A DNA stretch of 64,000 nucleotides from the human T2T-CHM13v2.0 reference genome, Homo sapiens. The stretch is from NCBI RefSeq assembly GCF_009914755.1, contig NC_060946.1; one strand, 5' to 3'. Shown one piece after another: positions 24,101 to 39,519 of this stretch; within the stretch, counting starts at the first letter, position 1; each line of letters opens with the position of its first letter. Made by a program: the position numbers and the translations under genes. The notes beneath the pieces were generated by a model. It was not told the origin of the DNA. It made no database searches and saw only the letters and a list, made by a program, of their open reading frames with translations.

Positions 24101-25775
24101 CTATTCCCTTAACTCTATTCAATTCCATTCTGTTCCATCCGATTCCATTCCATTATATTGCTTTCCATTCCATTTTATTCTATTCCATTCCATTCTTTTC
24201 CATTCCATTCGAGTCCATTCCACTCCATTCCATTCCATTCGAGTCCATTCCATTCCATTGCGTCTGACATCTTTCCATTACAATTCATTCCATTCTACTA
24301 ATTTCGATTCCATTCAATTCCAATCCGTTCGATTCCATTCCATTTGTTTCCATTCCATTCGTCTCCATTCCTTTCGAGTCCATTCCATTCCATCCCATTC
24401 CATTTGCTTCGATTCTAATCTGTTGAATTACATTTTGTTCCAGTCCATTCCATTCGATTCCATTCCATTCCAATCCATTCCATTTGATTCCATTCCATTC
24501 GATTCCATTCCATTAGATTCTATTCCACTCGACTCCACTCTGTTCCGTTCCATTGAATGACATTCTATTCCTTTCCTTGCATTCCATTCCATTCAATTTG
24601 ATTACATTCCATTCGATTCCAATTCATTCTAATCAATTACATTTCAATCCATTACATTCAAGTCCGTTCTATTGCAGTCTGTTCCGTTCTGATCCATTCC
24701 ATTTGATTCCATTCTATACTATTGCATTGCTTTCGATTACATTCTATTCGAATAAATTTCATTCGAGACCATTCCTTTTGAATCCATTCCATTTGAGTCC
24801 ATTCCATTCGAGTCCATTACCTTTGCCTCCATTCCATTCCATTCTATTCCATTGCATTGCATTCCATTCCATTCCATTCCACTCCATTCCATTCCATTCA
24901 ATGCCATTCCATTCTATTCTATTCCAATCACCTCCATTCAATTCGAGTCCATTCCATTCCATTCCATTCAATGTCATTCCAGTGGATGCTATTCCCTTCA
25001 ACTCCATTCAATTCCATTCCGTTCCATCTGATTCCATTCCATTATATTCCTTTCCATTCCATTCCATTCGTTTCCATTCCATTTGAGTCCATTCCATTTG
25101 AGTCCATTCCATTCCAGTCCATTCCATTCGAGTCCATTCCATTCCATTCCGTTAGATATCTTTCCAATACACTCCATTCCATTCTATTCCTTTCGAATCC
25201 ATTCAATTCCATTCTGTTCGATTCCATTCCATTTGATTCCATTCCATTCGACTCCATTCCTTTCGGGTCCATTCCATTCCATTCCATTCCGTTTGATTCT
25301 ATTCCGTTCTATTTCATTTTGTTCCAGTCAATTGCATTCGAGTCCATTCCATTTCTGTCCATTCCATTCGATTCCATTCCATTCGACTTCATTCCATTCG
25401 ATTCCATTCCACTCAATTCCACTCCGTTCCATTCCAACGCATTCCATTCCTTTGCATTCCATTCCATTCCATTTGATTACATTCCATTCTGTTCCAAGGC
25501 ATTCGAATCAATTACATTTCAATCCATAACATTCAAGTCCGTTCTATTGCAGTACATTCCATTCCAGTTCATTCAATTCGTTTCCACTCTACTCGATTCG
25601 ATTCCATACTATTGCATTCCTTTCAAATCCATTCTATTCTTATAAATTCCATTCGGGACCATTCCTTTCGAGTCTATTCTATTTGAGTCCATTCCATACA
25701 AGTCCATTATATTTGGGTCCATTCCATTTGGGTCCATTCCATTCCATTCCATTCCATTCCATTCCATTCCATTCT

Positions 25776-25890
25776 ATGCCATTACATTCGATTCTATTCC
25801 ATTAGACTCCATCCTTTTGAGTGCATTCCATTCCATTTCATTCCATTCAATGCCATTACATTCGATTCTATTCCATTAGACTCCATTCCA
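25776..25890 (+). repeat. 74-bp-offset local duplication
   Basis: ATGCCATTACATTCGATTCTATTCCATTAGACTCCAT at 25776 and 25850. Confidence 0.8.
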
Positions 25891-28800
25891 TTACATTCCG
25901 TTCAATCTGATTCCATTCCATTCTATTCCTTTCCATTCCATTCCATTCCATTTCATTAGTTTCCATTACATTCGTGTCCATGCCAATCCATGCAATTACT
26001 TTCAAGTCCATTCCATTCCAGTGCATTCTATTCAAGTCCATTCCTTTCCATTCCTTTCCATTCGATATCTTTCCATTACACTCCTTTCCATTCTATTCCT
26101 TTCGATTCCATTCAATTCCATTCCATTCCATTCCATACCATACGGTTCCATTACTTTCGTCTCCATTGCAATCGTGTCTATTCCATTCCATTCCGTTCCG
26201 TTCAAATTCAATCCGTTCAATTCCATTTTGCTCCAGTCGTTCCATTCGAGTCCATTCATTCCAGTACATTCCATTGGATTCCATTCCTTTCGATTCCATT
26301 CCATTCGATTCCATTACAGTCGATTACACTCGGTTCCATTCCATTGCATTCCATTCTCTTCCATTCCATTGCATTCCATTCCATTATATTTGATTACATT
26401 CCTTTCGTTTCCATGCCACTTGAATCAATTACATTGCAATCCATAACATTCGAGTCCATTCTAATTCAGTCCATTCCATTCCGTTTCATTCTAATCAATT
26501 CAATTCCTTTCGATTCCACTCCATACTATTGCATTCCATTCGATTCTATTGTATTCGTATAAATTCCATTCGAGACCATTCTTTTTGAATCCATTCTATT
26601 TGATTCCATTCTATTCGAGTCCATTACATTTGGGTCCATTCCATTCCATTCCATTCCATTCCATTCCATTCTATGCCATTCCAATCTATTCTATTCTATT
26701 CGAGTCCATTCCATTCAAGTCCATTCGCTTCCATTCCATTCCATTCCTTTCCATTCCGTGCCATTCCATTCAATTCTATTCCATTCGACTCCATTCCATT
26801 CCATTGCCTTCCATCCAATTCCATTCCATTCTATTCCTTTCCATTCCGTTCAATCACATCCCATTCTTTTCCATTATATTCGAGTCCACTCCACTCCAGT
26901 ACATTCCATTCCATTCCATTCCAGTCCATTCCATTCGAGTCCACTCTATTCAATTCCAATCCATTCAATTTCTGCCTGTTACACTCAATTAAATTCTATT
27001 CCATTGAATTCCATTCCATTTGGTTCCATTCCATTCGACTCCATTCCATTTGAGTCCATTCCATTCCAATCCATTCCATTCCATTCCGTTCGATTCCAAT
27101 CTGTTCGACTCCATTTTTTTCCAGTCCATTCCATTCGTGTCCATTCCATTCCAGTACATTCCATTGGATTCCATTCCATTCGATTCCTTTCCATTTGATT
27201 CCATTCCACTTGATTCCACTCCGTTCCATACCATTGTATTCCATTATATTTCATGCCATTGCATTCCATTCTATTCCATGCCATTGCATTGGATTCCATT
27301 CCAATAGATTACATTCCATTCGTTTCCATTCCATTTTAATAAATTATAGTGTGATAAATTACATTCGAGTCCATTCTATTCCAGTCCATTCCATTCCGCT
27401 ACATTCCATTTGATTCCATTCCATTCGAATCCATTGCATACTGTTGCATTCCATTAATACAATTCTATTCTAATAAATTCCATTTGATACCACTCCTTTC
27501 AAGTCCATTCTATTTGAGTCCATTCTGTACAAGTCCATTATATTTGGGTCCATTCCATTTGGGTCCATTCCATTCGATTCCAATCAATTCCATTCCATTC
27601 GCTTCTATTCCATTCGATTCCTTTCCATTCGACTGTATTCCATTTGAGTCCTTTCTATTCCATTCCATTCCATTACGTTCGATTCCCATCCGTTCGATAA
27701 CATTTTGTTCCAGTCCATTCCGTTCGATTCCATTCCATTCAAGTCCATTCTCTTCGATTCCATTCCATTTGATTCCATTCCATTCGATTCTATTCCATTC
27801 GATTCCATTCCATTCAATTCTATTCCACTCAATTCCAATCTGTTCCATTCTATTGCATTTCATTCTATTCCACTCGATTGCATTCCATTCTATTCCATTC
27901 CATTGCAGTCTATTCTATTACATTATATTAAATTCCATTCCATTCCATTGCATTCCTTTGGATTCCATTATATTACTTTCCATTCTATTCCATTCCATTC
28001 AAATGAATTACATTGCAATCCATTCCATTCGAGTCAGTTCTATTCCATTCCATTCATTCCAGTCCATTCCATTCGATTCCATTCCATACTATTGCATTCC
28101 ATTCGAATCCATTCTATTCGAATAAATTCTATTGGAGACCATTCCTTTCGAGTCCATTCTATTTGAGTCCATTCCATTCGAGTTCATTAGATTTGGGTCC
28201 ATTCCATTCAATCCCATTCCATTCCATTCAATACCATTCCATTCCATTCGATGCCATTCCATTCTATTCTATTCCATTGAGACCATTGCATTTGAGTCCA
28301 TTCAATTCCATTCCATTTGATGCCTTTCCATTCGATTCTATTCCATTCGACTCCATTCCTTTCCATTCCGTTACATCCGATTCCATTCCATTCTATTCCA
28401 TTCCATTCCTTTCCATTCTTTTCCATTCCATTCGAGTCCATTCCATTCCTTTCCATTTCATTCCATTCCATTCCATTCCATTCGAGTCTATTCCATTCGA
28501 CTCCATTCCATTCCATTCCGTTCCATCCGTTTCCATTCCATTCTATTCCTTACCATTCCATTCCAATCTTTCCATTCCATTCGTTTCCATTCTTTCGAGT
28601 CCATTCGACTGCATTCCATTCCATTCGAGTCCGTTCCATTCCATTCCACTCCATTCGAGTCCATTCCATTCCATTCCATTTTATATCTTTCCATTACACT
28701 CCATTCCATTATATTCTCTTCGATTCCATTGAATTCCATTCTTTTAGATTCCATTACATTCGAATACATTCCATTCAAATCCATTCCATTCGAGTCCATT

Positions 28801-31800
28801 CCATACCATTCCATTCCATCTCTTTCTGTTCGATTCCATTTTTTTCCAGTGCATTCCATTCGAGTACATTCCCTTCCAGTCCATTCCTATCCATTCCATT
28901 CAATTCCATTCCATTCGCTTCCATTCCACTCGATTCCACTCCATTCCATTCCATTACATTCCATTTTATTCCATTCCATTGCAATTCATTACATTCTATT
29001 TGATTACATTCCTTTCGATTCCATTCCATTTGAATCCATTACATTGCAGTCCATTACATTCGAGTACATTCTATTAAATTCCATTCCATTCCGTTCCATT
29101 CCATTCGATTTCGATCCATTCGATTCCATTCCATACAATTGCAATCCATTCTATTCCATTGTATTCGAATAAATTCGTATCGAGGCCATTCCTTTCAAAA
29201 GCATTCTATTTGAGTCCATTCCATTCAAGTCCATTATATTTGGGTCCATTCCATTCCATTCCAATCCATTCCATTCTATTACATTCGAGTCCATTCCTTT
29301 CGAGTCCCTTCCATTCCATTCCATTCCATTCGAGTCCATTCCATTCCAGTCAATTCTATTCGAGTCCATTCCATTTGATTTCATTCCGGTCGATTCCACT
29401 CCTTTCCATTCCATTGCATTCCATTCCATTCCTTTAGAATACATTCCATTTGATTCCATTCCATTCGAATCAATTACATTGCAATCCATTACATTCGAGT
29501 TCATTCTATTCCAGTCTATTACATTCTGGTCCATTCCATTGGATTCCATTCCATTTGATTCCAATCTTACAATTGCATTCCTTTCAATTCAATTCTATTT
29601 GAATAAATTCGATTTCATTCCATTCCATTCGATGCCATTCCATTCGATTCTATTCCATTTGACTCCATTCCATTCCATTCCATTCCGTTCCGTTCCATTC
29701 CATTCCATCCAATTCCATTCCATTAAATTCCTTTGCATTCTATTGCATTCCATTCCGTTCCTTTCCATTCGTTTCCATTACATATGAGTCCATTCCACTC
29801 CAATCCATTCCATTCATGTCCATTACATTCCAGTCCGTTCCATTCGTGTCCATTCCATTCCATCACATTCCATTCGATATCTTTCCATTAAACTCCATTT
29901 CATTATATTCCCTTCAATTCCATTGAATTCCATTCTATTCGATTCCACTCCATTCGATTCCATTGCATTCGACTCCAATCCATTCGAATCCATTCCATAC
30001 CATTCTATTTCATTCCATTCCATTCGATTCCTATCCGTTCAATTCCATTTTGTTCCAGTCCATTCCATTCGTGTCCATTCCATTCCATTCCAACCGATAT
30101 CTTTCTGTTACACGCAATTCCACTATATTCTTTTCGATTCCATTCAATTCCATTCCGTTTGATTCCATTACATTCGATTCCATTTGATTTGATTCCATTG
30201 CACTCGATTCCACTACATTCCTTTCCATTGCATTCTATTCTATTCAATTCAATTGCTTTCCATTCTATTCCATTAAATAACATTCCATTCAATTGCATTC
30301 CATTCGAATCTATTACTTTGCAATCCATTACATTCGAGTCCATTCTATTCCAGTCCATTTCATTCCCGTTCATTCCATTCGATTCCATTCCTTTCTATTC
30401 CATTCCACACAATTCCATTCCATTTGATTCCATACTATTCGAATAAATTCCATTAAAGACCATTCCTTTCTACTCCATTCGATTCCATTCCATTCAAGTA
30501 CATTCTTTTCAATTAGAATCCATTCGATTCCATTCCACTCGTTTCCATTCCACTCGATTGCACTCTGTTCCATTTCATTGCATTCCATTCTGTTCCATTC
30601 GATTGCATTCCATTCCATTCTATTTGCTTACATTCCATTCGATTCCATTCCATTCGAAACAATTACATTGCAGTCCACTACATTCGAATCACTTCCATTC
30701 CAGTCCATTCCATTCCTTTCCTTTCCATTGAATTCCATTCAATTTGATTCCATTCCATACTATTTTATTCCATTCAATTGCATTCTATTCTAATAAATTC
30801 CATCTGAAACCATTCCTTTCGAGTCCATTCTATTTGACTCCATTCCATTGGATTCTATTCCATTTGAGTCCATTCCATTCCATTCCATTCCATTCCATTC
30901 CATTCGATGCCATTCCATTCTATTCTATTACATTTGAGTGGATTCCATTCAAGTCCATTCATTTGCATTCCATTCCGTTGCATTCCATTGCATTCGATGA
31001 CATTCCCTTAGATTCTATTCCATTTGACTCCATTGCATTCCATTCCATTCCATCCTATTCCATTCCATTCTATTCTATTCCATTCCATTCCTTTCCTTTC
31101 AATACGTTTCCATTCCATTTGAGTCCATTCCACTGCAGTCCATTCCATTCAAGTTCATTCTATTCCAGTCCATTCGAGTCTATACTATTCCATTCCATTT
31201 CATTGGATATCTTTACATGACACTCCCATTCATTCTATTCCTATTGAATCCATTCCATTCCATTCCATTCGGTTCCATTCCATTCGATTCCATTCCATTC
31301 CAGTCCATTGCATTGCATTGCATTCCATTCCATTCGATTGCAATCCGTTTGACTCCATTTTGTTCCAGTCCATTCCATTAGAGTCCATTCCATTCCATTC
31401 CATTCTATTCTGTTACATTTGATCCTGTTCCATTCGATTCCATTCCACTCGATTCCCCTCTGTTCCATTTTATTGCATTCCATTCAATTCCATTCCATTG
31501 CATACCATTCCATTCCATTTGAATACATTCCATTTGAATCCCTTCCATTCAAATCAATTATATTACAATCAATGACATTGAAGTCCATTCTATTCCAATT
31601 CATTCCATTCCAGTCAATTAAATTTGATTTCATTCCATTTGATTCCCTTCCATCCTATTGAATTCCATTCGATTCCATTCTATTCGAATAAATTCCTTTT
31701 GAGACCATTCCTTTCGTGTTCATAGTATTTGATTCCATTCCATTCGTGTCCATTACATTTGGGTCCATTCCATTCTTTCCTATTCCCCTTGATGCCATTC

Positions 31801-34800
31801 CATTCTGTTCTATTTCATTCGAGTCCATTCCATTCGAGTCCATTCCATTCCATTCCATTAGACGCCATTCCATTTGATTCTATTCCATTCGAATGCATTC
31901 CTTTCCATTCCATTCCATCTGATTCCATTCCATTCTATTGCTTTCCATTCCATTCCATTCCTTTCCATTGCATTCGAGTCCATTCCACTCCAGTCTGTTC
32001 CATTCTAGTGCATTCCATTCCAGTCCATTCCATTTGAGTCTATTCGATTCCATTCGATATCATTCCATTTCACTGTATTCCATCCTATTCCTTTTGATTC
32101 CATTCAATTCCATTCCATTCGTTTCCATTCCATTCGATTACTTTCCATTCGAGTCCATTTCTTTGGAGTCCATTCCATTTCATTCCATTCCATTACATTC
32201 CATTCCGTTTGATTCCAATGCGTTCAATTCCATTTTCTTCCATTCCATTCCATTCGAGTCCATTCCATTACCATCCATTCCATTTGATTCCAGTCCTTTC
32301 GAGTCCATTCTATTCCATTCCATTCCATTGGATATCTTTACATTACACTCCCTTTCATTCTATTCTTTCAATTCAATTCAATTCCATTCAATTCCATTCT
32401 TTCAGTTCCATTCCATTCGACTCCATTCCATTCGAGTCCATTCCATTCCATTCCATTCCATGCCTTTCGATTCCAATAGGTTCGAATCCAATTTGTTCCA
32501 GTCCATTCCATTCGAGTCCATTCCATTCGATTCCATTCAATTCGATTCCATTCCATTCAATTCCATTGCACTCGATTCCACTCCGTTCCATTCCATTCCA
32601 TTCCATTCTATTCCATTCCATTGCATTGCATTCCATTCCATTTGATTATTTTCCATTCGATTCCATTCCATTCGAATCAATTACATTACAGTCCATTTCA
32701 TTCAAGTCCTTTCTATTCCAGTCCATTCCATTCGGTCTATTCCATTCGATGCAAATCCATTCGATCCCATTACATACTATTGCATTCCATTTGAGTACAT
32801 TCAATTCGAATAAATTCCATTCTAGACCTTTCCTTTGGAGTCCATTCTATTTCTCCATTGTATTCGAGTCCACTACATTTGGGTACATTCCATTCCACTC
32901 CGTTCCATTCTATTCCATTCCATTCCATTCTATTCCATTCCAGTCCATTCCATTCGATTCCGTTCCATTCCTTTCCATTTGAATTGATGCCATTCCCTTT
33001 GATTCTATTCCATTCTACTCCATTCCATTCCATTCCAATCTTTCCGATTCCATTCCATTCCATTCCATTTCATTCGATGCCATTCCATTCGATTCTATTC
33101 CATTCGAGTCCATTCCAATCGAGTCCATTCCATTCCATTCCATTCTATTCGTGTCCATTCCATTCTATTCCATTCAATGCCATTCCATTCAATTGTATTC
33201 TTTTCCACTCCATTCCATTCCATTCAGTTCCATCCAATTCCATTCCATTCTATTCCTTTCCGTTCCATACCATTCCATTCCATTGCATCCCATTCATTTC
33301 CATTTCATTCGAGTCCATTCCTCTCCAGTCCATTCCATTCGAATCCATTGCATTCCAGTCCATTCCATTGGAGTCCATTCCATTCCATTGCATACGATAT
33401 ATTTCCATTACACTCCATTCCATTTTATTCCTTTCGATTCCATTCAATTCCATTCCATTCAATTCCATTCCCTGTGATTCCATTGCATTTCAATCTATTG
33501 CATTCAATTCTATTCAATTCGATTCCATTCCACTCGATTGCACTCCATTTCATTCCATTGCATTCCATTCTATTTCATTCAATTGCATTCCATTCCTTAC
33601 CATTTGATTACATTCCATTCAATTCCATTCAATTCGAATCAATTATATTGCAATCCATTACATTCGAGTACGTTCTATACCGGTCCATACCATTCCACTC
33701 CAATACCTTCGATTCCATTCCATTCGATTCCAATGTATACTATTGCATTCCATTCCAAAATATTGCATTCCATTCCATTCCATTCTATTCGAATAAATTC
33801 CATTTGAGACCATTCCATTCGGGTCCATTCTATTTGATTCCATTCCTTTCGAGTCCATTACATTTGCATCCATTCCATTCCATTGCATTCCACTTGATGC
33901 TATTCCATTGTGCTCTATTTCATTCGAGTCCATTCCATTCGAGTCCATTCCATTCCATTCCATTCCATTCAACGCCATTCCATTAGATTCTACTCCATTC
34001 AAATCCATTCCTTTCCATTCCATTCCATCTGATTCCATTCCATTCTATTCCGTTCCATTCCATTCCTTTCCATTCCATGCCATTCGTTTCCATTCCATTC
34101 GAATCCATTCCACTCCAGTCCATTCCATTCGAGTCCATTCCAATTCAGTCCATTCCATTCGAGTCAATTCCATTCCATTTGATATCATTCCATTTCACTC
34201 CATTCCATTCTATTCATTTCAATTCCATGCAATTCCATTCCATTCGATTACTTTCCATTCGACTCCATTCCGCTGCAGTCCATTCCATTCCATTCCATTC
34301 CATTCCATTCCATTCCATTCCGTTTCATTCTGTTCGATTCCAATCCGTTCAATTCCATTTTGTTCCAGTCCATTCCATTCGAGGCGCTTCCATTCCCATC
34401 CATTCCATTCGATTCCATTCCTTTCAAGTCCATTCTATTCCATTCCATTGGATATCTTTACATTACACTCAATTTCATTCTATTACTTTTGATTCCATTC
34501 AATTCCATTCATTCAGCTCCATTCCATTCGACTCCATTCCATTCGAGTCCATTCGATTCCATTCCATTCAAATCACATACATTGCAATCCAATGCATTCG
34601 AGTCCATTCTATTCCAGTCCATTTCTTTCCTGTCCATTCCATTCAATTCTTTTCCTTTCGATTCCATTCCATACGATGGCATTCCATTCGATTCCATTCT
34701 ATTTGAATAAATTCCATTTGATACCATTCCTTTCGAGTCCAATCTATTTAAGTCCATTCCATTCGAGTCCATTATATTTGGGTACATTCCATTCCATTCC

Positions 34801-37800
34801 ATTCCATTGCATTCCATTTCATGCAATGTCATTCCATTCGATTCTATTCCATTCTTCTCTATTCCATTCCAGTTCGTTTCATCCAATTCCTTTCCATTCT
34901 ACTCCTTTCCATTCCATTGATTCCATTCCATTCGTTTCCATTCTTTTTGAGTCCATTCCATTCAGGTCCATTCCTTTCCATTCCATTCGATGCCATTCCA
35001 ATTGATTCTAATTCATTCGACTCCATTCCATTCCATTCCATCCGATTCCTTTCCATTCTATTCCTTTAAATTTCATTTCATTCCATTCCATTCCATTCCA
35101 GTCCATTCCATTCGAGTCCCTTCCATTGCATTCCATTCCATTCGATATCTTTCCATTACACCCAATTCCTTTCTATCCCTTTCGATTCCATTCAATTCCA
35201 TTCCATTCGAATCCATTCCATTCGGCTCCATTCCATTCAACTCCTTTCCATTCGAGTCCATTCCATTCCATTCAATCCCATTCCATTCCATTCGATTCCA
35301 ATCCGTTTGATTCCATTTTGTTCCAGTCCATTCCATTCGAGTCCATTCCATTCCATATCATTCGATGCCATTCAATGCGATTCTATTCCATTTGACTCCA
35401 TTCCATTCCATTCAGTTCCATCCCATTCCATTCCATTCTATTCCTTTGCATTAAATTCCATGCCTTTCCATTCCATTCGTTTCCATTACTTTTGAGACCA
35501 TTCCACTCCAGTCCATTCCAATCGAGTCCATTCCATTCCCGTCCATTCCATTCCCATCCATTCCATTCGATTCCATTCTATAGTTTGCATTCCATTTGAT
35601 TCCCTTCTGTTCGAATAAATTCCCTTTGAGACCATTCCCCTGGAGTCCATTCTATTTGGGTCCATTCCATTCAAGTCCATTACATTTGGGTCCATTCCAT
35701 TCCATTCCCTTCCCTTCAATTACAGTCCGTTCGATTCCATTTTTTTCCAGTCCATTCCATTCGAGTTCATTCCATTCCTGTCCATTAGATGTCCTTCCAA
35801 TCGATTCTATTCCATTTCACTCCATTCCATTCCATTCCGTTCCAATCGATTCCATTTCATTCTATTCCTTTCCATTTCATTCCATTCCATTCCTTTCCAT
35901 TCCATTCCATTCACTTCCGTTGTATTTGATTCCATTCCCCTCCAGTCCATTCCATCCGAGTCCATTCCTTTCCAGTCCATTCCTTTAGAGTCTATTCCAT
36001 TCCATTCTATTCGATATTTTTCCATTACACTTCATTCCATTCTATTTCTTTCAATTCCATTCCATTCGATTCCACTGCAATCGATTCCATTCCATTCGAG
36101 TCCATTCCACTCCAGTCCTTTCCATTCGAGTCCATTCCATTCCAGTCCATTACATTCGAGTCCATTCCATTCCATTCCATTCCATTCCATTCAATAGCTT
36201 TCCATTACACTCCATTCCATTCTATTCCTTTGGATTCCATTCAATTCCATTCCATTCGACTCCATTCAATTCGAGTCCATTCCAATCCATTCCATTCCAT
36301 TCCGTTCGATTCCAATCCGTTCGATGCCATTTTGTTCCATTCCATTCCCTTCGATTGCATTCCATTCGATTACATTCTACTCAATTCCACTCTGATCCAT
36401 TCTATTGCATTCCATTTTATTCCTTTCCATTGCATTCTATTCAATTCTTTTGATTACATTCCATTCTATTCCAATCCATTCGTATCAATTACATTGCAAT
36501 CCATTACATTGGAGTCTGTTCTATTCCATTCCATTCCATTCCGGTCCATTCCATTTGATTCCATTGCATTTGATTCCATTCCATTCTATTGCATTCCATT
36601 CGATTCCATTGTATTCGAATAAATTCCATTCGAGACCATTTCTTTCGAGTCCATTCTATTTGAGTCCATTCCATTCGAGTCCATTACATTTGGGTCCATT
36701 TCCATTCCGTTCCATTCCATTCCAATCCATTCGATGCCATTCCATTTGATTCTATTCCCTTCGACTCCATTCCATTTCATTCCATTCCATCTGATTGCAT
36801 TCCATTCTATTCCTTTCCATTCCATTCCATTCCATTCGTTTACTTTCCATTTGAGTCCATTCAACTCCAGTGCCTTTCATTTGAGTCCATTCCATTGCAT
36901 TCCATTCCATTCCATTCCACTCCATTCCATTCCATTCCAATTGATTCGATTCCCTTCCACTCAATTCCACTCCATTCCTTTCCATTGCATTCCATTCTAT
37001 TCCATTCCATTGCATTCCTTTCCATTCCATTTGTTACATTCGATTCAATTCCATTCCATTCGAATCATTTACTTTGCAATCGATTATATTTGAGTCCGTT
37101 CTAATCCAATCCATTCCATTCTGGTACATTCCTTTTGATTGCATTCCATTCGATTCCATTCCATACTATTGCATTCGATTCGATTCCATTCTATTAGAAT
37201 AAATTGCGTTCGAGACCGTACCTTTCGAGTCCATTCTTTTTCAGTCCATTCCATTCGATTCTGTTACATTTGGGTCCATTCAATTTGATTCCATTCCATT
37301 CCATTCGATGCTATTCCATTCGAATCTATTCCATTCGGGTATATTCCATTCCATTCCATTCCATTCCATTTCTTTCCATTCCATTCCATTCGATGCCATT
37401 CCATTCTATTCTATTCCATTTGACTCCATTCGATTCCATTCCATTCTGATTTCAATCTATTCTTTTCCTTTCCCTTTCATTCCATTCCTTTTCATTCCAT
37501 TCCTTTCCATTTCATTCGAGTCCATTCCACTCCAGTCCATTCCATTCCAGTCCATTGCATTCGAGTCCATTGAATTCCATTCCATTCGATACCTTTCCAT
37601 TACAATCCATTACATTCAATGGCTTTCCATTCCATTCAATTCCATTCCATTTGATTCCATTCCCCTCGATTCCATTCCATTTGACTCCATTCCATTCGAG
37701 TCCATTGCATTCCATTCCATTCCATTCCGTTCGATTCCAATCCGTTCGATTCCATTTTGTTCCAGTCCATTCCATTCGAGTCCATTCCCTTCCATTCCAT

Positions 37801-39519
37801 TCGATGCCATTCCATTCGAGTCCATTCCATTCCAGGCCATTCCATTGCATTCCATTTGATTCCATTCCATTCTATTCTATTCCATTTGACTTTATTCCCT
37901 TCCATTCCATTCCGTACGATTCCATTGCATTCTATTCCTTTCCATCCGATTCCATTGAATTCCATTCCATTCCAGTCATTTGCATTCCATTCGTGTCCAT
38001 TGCACTCCAGTCCATTCCATTCGGGTCCATTCCATTCCATTCCATTCCCTTCGAGTCCATTCAATTCTATTGCATTCCATTTGATATCTTTCCATTACAC
38101 ACCATTCCATTCTATTCCTTTCGATTCCATTCCATTTCATTCCATTCTATTACATTCCATTTGATTCCATTCCATTCGACTCCATTCCATTCGAGTGCAT
38201 TCCATTCCATTCCATTCCGTTCCATTCGATTCCAGTCCATTCAAATCCATTTTTCCTGTTCATTCCATTTGACTTCATTCATTCGATTCCATTCCATTCG
38301 ATTCCATTCCACTCGAATCCACTCCGTTCCATTCCATTCCATTCCAGTGTATTAAATTCCATTCCATTTGATTACATTCCATTCAATTCCATTCCTTTCG
38401 AAGCTATTACATTGCAATCCATTACATTCGAGTCCGTTCTATTCCAGTCCATTCCATTTCGTTCCACTCCATTTGATTCCATTGCATTTGATTCCCTACC
38501 GTACTATTGCATTCCTTTCGATTCCATTCTATTCGCATAAATTCCATCTGAGACCATTACTTTTGAGTTCATTCTGTTTGAGTCCATTCTATTTGAGTCC
38601 ATTCCATTCGAGTCCATGACATTTGGGTCCATTCCTTCCATTCCATTCAATTCGATGCCATTCCATTCGATTCTATTCCATTCGAGTCCATTCCATTCGA
38701 GTCCATTCCATTCCATTCCATTCTATTCGATGCCATTCCATTCGATTCTATTCCATTCGACTCCATTCCATTCCATTCCGTTCCAACCGATTACATTACA
38801 TTCTTTTCTTTTCCATTCCATTCCATTCCTTTTCATTAAATTCCTTTCCACTCTGTTCGAGTCCATTCCTCTCCAGTCCTTTCCATTCGAGTCCATTCCA
38901 TTCCAGTCCATTCCTATCTAATCCATTCCATTCCATTCCATTCTGTATTTTTCCATTACACTCCATTCCATACTATTCCTGTCGATTGCATTCAATTCCA
39001 TTCCATTTGATTCCTGTCCATTTGATTCCATTCCATTCAACTCCATTCCTTTGAAGTCCATTCCATTCCATTCCTTTCAATTCCATTCCGTTCGATTCCA
39101 ATCCATTCGATTCCATTTTGTTCTAGTCGTTTCCATCAGAGTCCATTCCATTCCAGTCAATTCCATTCGATTCCTTTCCATTTGACTCCATTACATTCTA
39201 TTCTGTTCCATCCGATTTCATTGCATTCTAATCCCTTCCCTTCCATTCCATACTATTCCATTCCATTCAATGCCATTCAATTCTATTCTATTCCTTTTGA
39301 GTCCATTCCATTCGAGTCCATACCATTTCAATCCATTCCATTCCATTCCATTCGATGCCATTCCATTCAATTCTATTCTATTTGACTCAGTTAAATTCTA
39401 TTCCTTTCCATCCAATTCCATTCCTTTCTATTCCTTTCCATTGCATTCTAATCCATTCCGTTCGATTCCATTCTATTCAATTCCATTCCTCTCCAGTCCA
39501 TTCCTTTCGAGTCCATTCC

